From: an uncultured Desulfobacterales bacterium
Lineage (GTDB): Bacteria; Desulfobacterota; Desulfobacteria; Desulfobacterales; C00003060
Direction: 5' to 3'
Length of the DNA stretch: 64,000 nt
NCBI GenBank assembly: GCA_964440795.1
Contig: CAYTTQ010000003.1
Coordinates: 9,307-73,306, forward strand
Shown: one piece after another, positions 59,808 through 64,000 of the stretch
Position numbering within the stretch: position 1 is the stretch's first letter
Layout: every line of letters begins with the position of its first letter
Translations under genes and position numbers: made by a program
Notes under the pieces: generated by a model
What the model saw: the letters and a program-made list of their open reading frames with translations, nothing else
What the model was told of the DNA's origin: nothing
Databases searched by the model: none

Positions 59808-60853
59808 CCGGCTCGACTGTGGCCTTCACCGGTAAGCCCTTCGTTATCCCCCTTTTTATTCCCCACATGGGATGTCCCAACCGGTGCGTCTTCTGCGATC
59901 AAAATACCATTGTGGGCGGCGGGCAAAAGCCGCCGTCCCCGTCGAAAGCCGCTGAAGCAATCGAACGCTTTCTTGTGTTCAAGAGGGAGGACCGCAGTTG
60001 GTCCGAGGTCGCCTTCTACGGCGGGAATTTCTTGGGTCTCCAGATCGATTATCGAAATGCGCTGTTGGCTGTGGCCCAGAGATTCGTAGACGAGGGGCGA
60101 ATCGACGGTATCCGGTTTTCCACCCGTCCCGACACGATCAGCGAGGCCTCCGTCCAGGGGCTTGCGCCGTATCGTATCACCACCATCGAACTCGGGGTTC
60201 AATCTCTCGATGACCGCGTCCTGGCAGCCAGCCGGCGCGGACACACAGCGGAAGATAGTCGGCGCGCCGTTGCCGTATTGAAGGCCTGGGGAGGGGATAT
60301 CGGCCTTCAAATCATGCCCGGGCTGCCGGGGGACACCCCGGCCTCCATAGAAAAGACCGGTCGGGGGATCGTCGAGTTGACGCCCGGGTTTGTGCGCATT
60401 TATCCCACCGTGGTGGTCAAAGGCACGGCCCTTGAGGGCTGGTATAGATCGGGGCGGTTTCGACCCCTGTCCTTGGACGCCGCCGTGGTCCAGGTTAAAG
60501 CCCTGTATCGCCTTTTTGAGGCCCGGGGCATATCGGTCATACGCATGGGGCTCCAGGGCAGCGACGATTTGGCAAAGCCGGGAAGTCTTGTGGCCGGGCC
60601 CTATCATCCCGCCTTCGGCCACCTTGTCTATTCCGCCCTTTTTCTGGACCGGATGATCGATCGCTTCGCGGCAATGGGGGCCCTACCGAAACGACTCAAC
60701 GTGCGCGTCAATCCCCGGGATGTTGCCCGGGCCGTAGGCGAACGCCGTAAAAACATCCGTTTTCTTAAAGACCGGTTCCAACTGGAGGACTTGACGGTAA
60801 TGTCTGATCCGGACATGACTATGGGCGGCCTGGACGTCGTGCCGCGAAAATAG
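59804..60853 (+). CDS. Radical SAM protein (Elp3/YhcC-like core, no GNAT domain)
   Basis: FIPHMGCPNRCVFCDQ, VAFYGG, STRPD, IELGVQS, MPGLPG and GPYHPAFG motifs. TTG start overlaps the rnc stop. Confidence 0.88.
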   Translation: MTGSTVAFTGKPFVIPLFIPHMGCPNRCVFCDQNTIVGGGQKPPSPSKAAEAIERFLVFKREDRSWSEVAFYGGNFLGLQIDYRNALLAVAQRFVDEGRIDGIRFSTRPDTISEASVQGLAPYRITTIELGVQSLDDRVLAASRRGHTAEDSRRAVAVLKAWGGDIGLQIMPGLPGDTPASIEKTGRGIVELTPGFVRIYPTVVVKGTALEGWYRSGRFRPLSLDAAVVQVKALYRLFEARGISVIRMGLQGSDDLAKPGSLVAGPYHPAFGHLVYSALFLDRMIDRFAAMGALPKRLNVRVNPRDVARAVGERRKNIRFLKDRFQLEDLTVMSDPDMTMGGLDVVPRK

Positions 60854-60878
60854 CGGGGATATTGTTCGCGAGTAGACC

Positions 60879-62072
60879 CTATCCGTTTGACGGATTGTCG
60901 AGCTTTAGCCGCAGGGAAAAGAGGGTCCCGGTCATGATCAACACGCCGAAAAACGCAAATCCCCAAGCGAACATGCCGGCGTCGGCGAACAAACCGATTC
61001 CGACGGGAAAGGCGCCGCCGCCGAGAAGATAGGCCACGGGGATGGTCAGCGACACCGCCACGTTCCGGGCCCGCGCAGGGAGGATCGAGGACAGCGCGGC
61101 AAATCCTGCAGGAAAAAAGCAAACGGCCACCAGAGGCTGCAAAAATACAATGACGATAATCCAGGCCTTCGGGGCCAAACCCAATAGGATCGTCAGGATG
61201 CCCGTCAACAAGAAGACCGTGGCCAGCACGCGCCGAGGCCCCAATCGATCGGTCGCCCAACCGGCCGCAAAGGCGATGGCCACGCTTGAGATTCGAGACA
61301 TCGATATCAATGTGTTCGCCCAATCCCGGGGAATATCGTGTTCAGCCACCAGGTAGAGGGGTAACATGGAAAAAACACCCATAGAACTCCCGATGGCCAG
61401 ACCAAACAAGAGGGCCATAATCCAAAACGCGGGGTTGGATGTCAACGGTTGGAAGGATCGCCATTCGGGAGGCTGTCCCGGAAATCGGCCCCCTTGTCCG
61501 AAAAGGGCAAAAGCGACGGCCACCAGTAGGGAGACGGCGCCCATAAGGCCCAAAACCTGTTGCCACGAAACCCATGGCAACAGGGCTTCTGAAATCAACG
61601 GTACGGCGACAAAGGCCATGTTGGGGGCTATTTCGTGAATGGCCACCCCCTTGCCCCAGTCCTTGGCGCTGATCAGGGAGGTCAGGGTAGCGATTCCCGA
61701 AGGAAGATAAAGTCCTGCCGCCAGCCCCAAAATGAACAACCCCAGGCGCATTTGCCACAATCCGTGGCTTAAGGAGATTCCCAGAAGGGCTATACCCACC
61801 GCCAGGGCGGACAGGATGATGGTTCGGTAGTGCATCAGCCGAGACGATATGAGACCCGCCGCCATTAGCGACAGAAAATAGCCTGCAGAGATGAATACAA
61901 AGAGTGAGCCGGCTTGGCTGTGACTAATCTCCAAATCGCCTTCGACGGTGGGCATCAACGGTGACAAGACGATCCGGGAGGCAAAATTTAGAAAAAAGAT
62001 GCTGGTCAACAACAAAAGCGGCCGGACTTGGGATCGAAACGACCCCGGTGTGTCGGGTTCAAATTGGGTCAT
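60879..62072 (-). CDS. MFS transporter
   Basis: About 12 TM helices, MFS motif A-like GWATDRLGPRR. Start is the ATG at 62072. Confidence 0.88.
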   Translation of the reverse strand: MTQFEPDTPGSFRSQVRPLLLLTSIFFLNFASRIVLSPLMPTVEGDLEISHSQAGSLFVFISAGYFLSLMAAGLISSRLMHYRTIILSALAVGIALLGISLSHGLWQMRLGLFILGLAAGLYLPSGIATLTSLISAKDWGKGVAIHEIAPNMAFVAVPLISEALLPWVSWQQVLGLMGAVSLLVAVAFALFGQGGRFPGQPPEWRSFQPLTSNPAFWIMALLFGLAIGSSMGVFSMLPLYLVAEHDIPRDWANTLISMSRISSVAIAFAAGWATDRLGPRRVLATVFLLTGILTILLGLAPKAWIIVIVFLQPLVAVCFFPAGFAALSSILPARARNVAVSLTIPVAYLLGGGAFPVGIGLFADAGMFAWGFAFFGVLIMTGTLFSLRLKLDNPSNG

Positions 62073-62334
62073 TGGGGTTCCGGGTCTTATAATCGTTGAG
62101 TTCGTTGGAAGTCGTCCTTCCGAATACCGTCCAGCCGGAAGCAGAACCACTCCCTACCATATCACCAAGCAAACAAACAGTATAAACCCTAGGCAATGAG
62201 TATATTGACACTGCACGGTGCATGCGTTAAAAAAAGACTGGGTGTTATAAGCCTCACCCTTTCTAAGGCAGATTAAGTTCGTTGAAAGGTGTCGCGCTGA
62301 GTTTGCGCGTGTACACGGACCGTGAGGGAAATAG

Positions 62335-62910
62335 ATGGAACCGGGCGACATTTACGAGTCTTGTCTAAAAGGCCACTTCCTTATTGCTATGCCCAGCTTG
62401 GCGGACCCCAATTTTTCCTACACCGTCAGCTACATCGCTGAACATACTGCAGAAGGGGCGATGGGGCTGGTTATCAACCGAATCCACCCGGAATTGAGTA
62501 TGGATGTGGTTTTTGATGAATTATCGCTTAGTGCCGTTCCCGATCGGGCGGCGCTTCCCCTGCATCTGGGCGGACCGGTTCATACGGAACAGGTGTTTAT
62601 CCTCCATGGCCCCCCCTTTGGTTGGGAGGCCTGTCAGCAAGTGACCCCAAATATTGCCCTCAGTAACTCCATGGACTTGATTGAAATGGTGGCTCAGGGG
62701 AGGGGACCCACGTCCTTTGTCATTGCGCTGGGATGCGCGGGATGGGGGCCGGGACAGTTGGAGTCTGAAATCATGGACAACGCTTGGTTGAGCTGCCCGG
62801 CCACCGAATCGATTCTATTCGACGCGGCGGTGGACAGTCGGTGGGCCGAAGCGGCGAAGTTGTTGGGAATCGATCCCCATCGGCTGACCCATGTCAGCGG
62901 TCACGCATGA
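62335..62910 (+). CDS. YqgE/AlgH family protein
   Basis: FLIAMP..DPNF, GAMGLVIN, GGPV, GCAGWGPGQLE.EI..NAW and GHA motifs. Confidence 0.93.
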   Translation: MEPGDIYESCLKGHFLIAMPSLADPNFSYTVSYIAEHTAEGAMGLVINRIHPELSMDVVFDELSLSAVPDRAALPLHLGGPVHTEQVFILHGPPFGWEACQQVTPNIALSNSMDLIEMVAQGRGPTSFVIALGCAGWGPGQLESEIMDNAWLSCPATESILFDAAVDSRWAEAAKLLGIDPHRLTHVSGHA

Positions 62911-62942
62911 TTTGGTCAATGGGGCGTGGCAACCCAAATCCG

Positions 62943-63326
62943 TCAAGCCGTCTTGGCCTGACGAATTTCCGCGACTTGAACCTTGAGCATATAACGGTGG
63001 ACCGTGTCGACGAATTCTTGATCCACGTCCAAGAAGGCACAGTGACACACGTGATCCGTATCGATGTCGACAATCTCGATCTTTGCCGATAAGGGTTGAG
63101 ACTCGCCGGGCAGGGTAAGGTCGACCACCTGCGTATCCCCGATCTGAAAGCCGTTATCAAGGAACGCCACGCCGACGGCACCGATATTTTGCAAACGGAC
63201 CGGTTTCCCCCGAAAGGAAATCTCAACGGGGGCGTGGGGTAACGGGGTGACGCGGAACGAGCGGCGTTGGTCCTCCGAGTGGAAGGAAAACGCCCGATTA
63301 TCCTTTTTCTTTCTTTTCCAGAACAA
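62943..63326 (-). CDS. PilZ domain protein
   Basis: DQRRSFRV (RxxxR) and NIGAVG. TTG at 63326 fits the AGGAGG spacing (alternative 63332). Confidence 0.8.
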   Translation of the reverse strand: MFWKRKKKDNRAFSFHSEDQRRSFRVTPLPHAPVEISFRGKPVRLQNIGAVGVAFLDNGFQIGDTQVVDLTLPGESQPLSAKIEIVDIDTDHVCHCAFLDVDQEFVDTVHRYMLKVQVAEIRQAKTA

Positions 63327-64000
63327 ACTCAACCCTCCTGTTTCTGGCCCGATTGGTGTCGGTCGTGTTGGGCAGCAATGGAAACAACGCGCCGTATCCG
63401 GTTGCCGTGAGGCGGTGGGGATTGATCCCTCTGCCGATCAGGTATCGAAGTACCGTCGTGGCCCGCACTGCCGACAACTCCCAGTTTGAGGGGAACTGCT
63501 CGGTTGAGATGGGGATGTTGTCGGAATGGCCTTCGATGCGCACATGATGTTCCGGATAACGCTTGGCGATAGCGGCGATGTCGTCCAGGATGGGCCCCGC
63601 CTTTGGGTTCAAATCAGCCAGGCCGGAGGGAAAAAGGATTTTTCCGGTTATCCGGATGATGACCTTGGACCCCTCCATGGATGCGACGATATGATCGCTG
63701 AGGCGCTGTTTTTGGACAAAATGTCGGACGTCTCGGTAAATGTCCTTCGACTTGAGTCCGATGATGTCTTCGAGAGCGATTTTCTTCTTTGTTGCGGCAT
63801 CCTTCGACGGCGATCCGCTCAAGGTATCCGGCTGCTCTTCCTCATCGATAAGCTTTAGCAGACCTACCGAGGGTGCACTTTCCCCCAGGCTTACCTGAAT
63901 CGACGACAGGGCTTTCTTAAATTTTTGAAGGTTCATGGAAGAAATCGAAAACAACAAAATGAAAAAGGTCAGGAGCAGAGTCATCAGGTCGGCATAGGTT
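63298..64000 (-). CDS. motB: MotB/OmpA-family flagellar stator protein, 5' end outside the window
   Basis: TYADLMTLLLTFFILL TM with the conserved Asp, and an OmpA domain (EGHSDN, SNWELSAVRA, NRRVEF). Confidence 0.9.
   Translation of the reverse strand, partial: TYADLMTLLLTFFILLFSISSMNLQKFKKALSSIQVSLGESAPSVGLLKLIDEEEQPDTLSGSPSKDAATKKKIALEDIIGLKSKDIYRDVRHFVQKQRLSDHIVASMEGSKVIIRITGKILFPSGLADLNPKAGPILDDIAAIAKRYPEHHVRIEGHSDNIPISTEQFPSNWELSAVRATTVLRYLIGRGINPHRLTATGYGALFPLLPNTTDTNRARNRRVEFVLEKKEKG

Overview
A chromosomal backbone segment from a GC-rich anaerobe. The gene content suggests Desulfobacterota (deltaproteobacteria), but this is an inference. It holds about 52 CDS and one tRNA-Val(GAC). 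Housekeeping genes include an M18 aminopeptidase, dtd, a Ski2/HelY-like helicase, aconitase, ppiD, hypA, leuA, thi4, priA, glnS, ampG, sdhCD-A-B, aspS-hisS, trkAH and rnc. Signalling and motility genes include a binding-protein/hybrid kinase pair, two FlhG/MinD-like ATPases, three PilZ proteins and a MotB-like and a FlgT-like protein. No CRISPR array, rRNA, transposase or integrase was found. The best leads are: (1) an AT-richer, translationally coupled three-gene cassette of unknown function next to tRNA-Val; (2) a four-gene AMIN-like anchor / acidic scaffold / cNMP-PilZ / FlhG-like operon in which two genes appear to start at non-canonical codons (ATT, ATC) behind strong SD sequences; (3) a B12-radical-SAM enzyme paired with a stand-alone SPASM-like/TPR protein in the rnc operon; (4) an unannotated Leu-rich leader peptide with an attenuator upstream of leuA; (5) several sigma54-type promoters ahead of small Cys-rich proteins and a T2SSE_N-FlhG fusion. 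All family calls come from motif recognition by eye, with no database searches.
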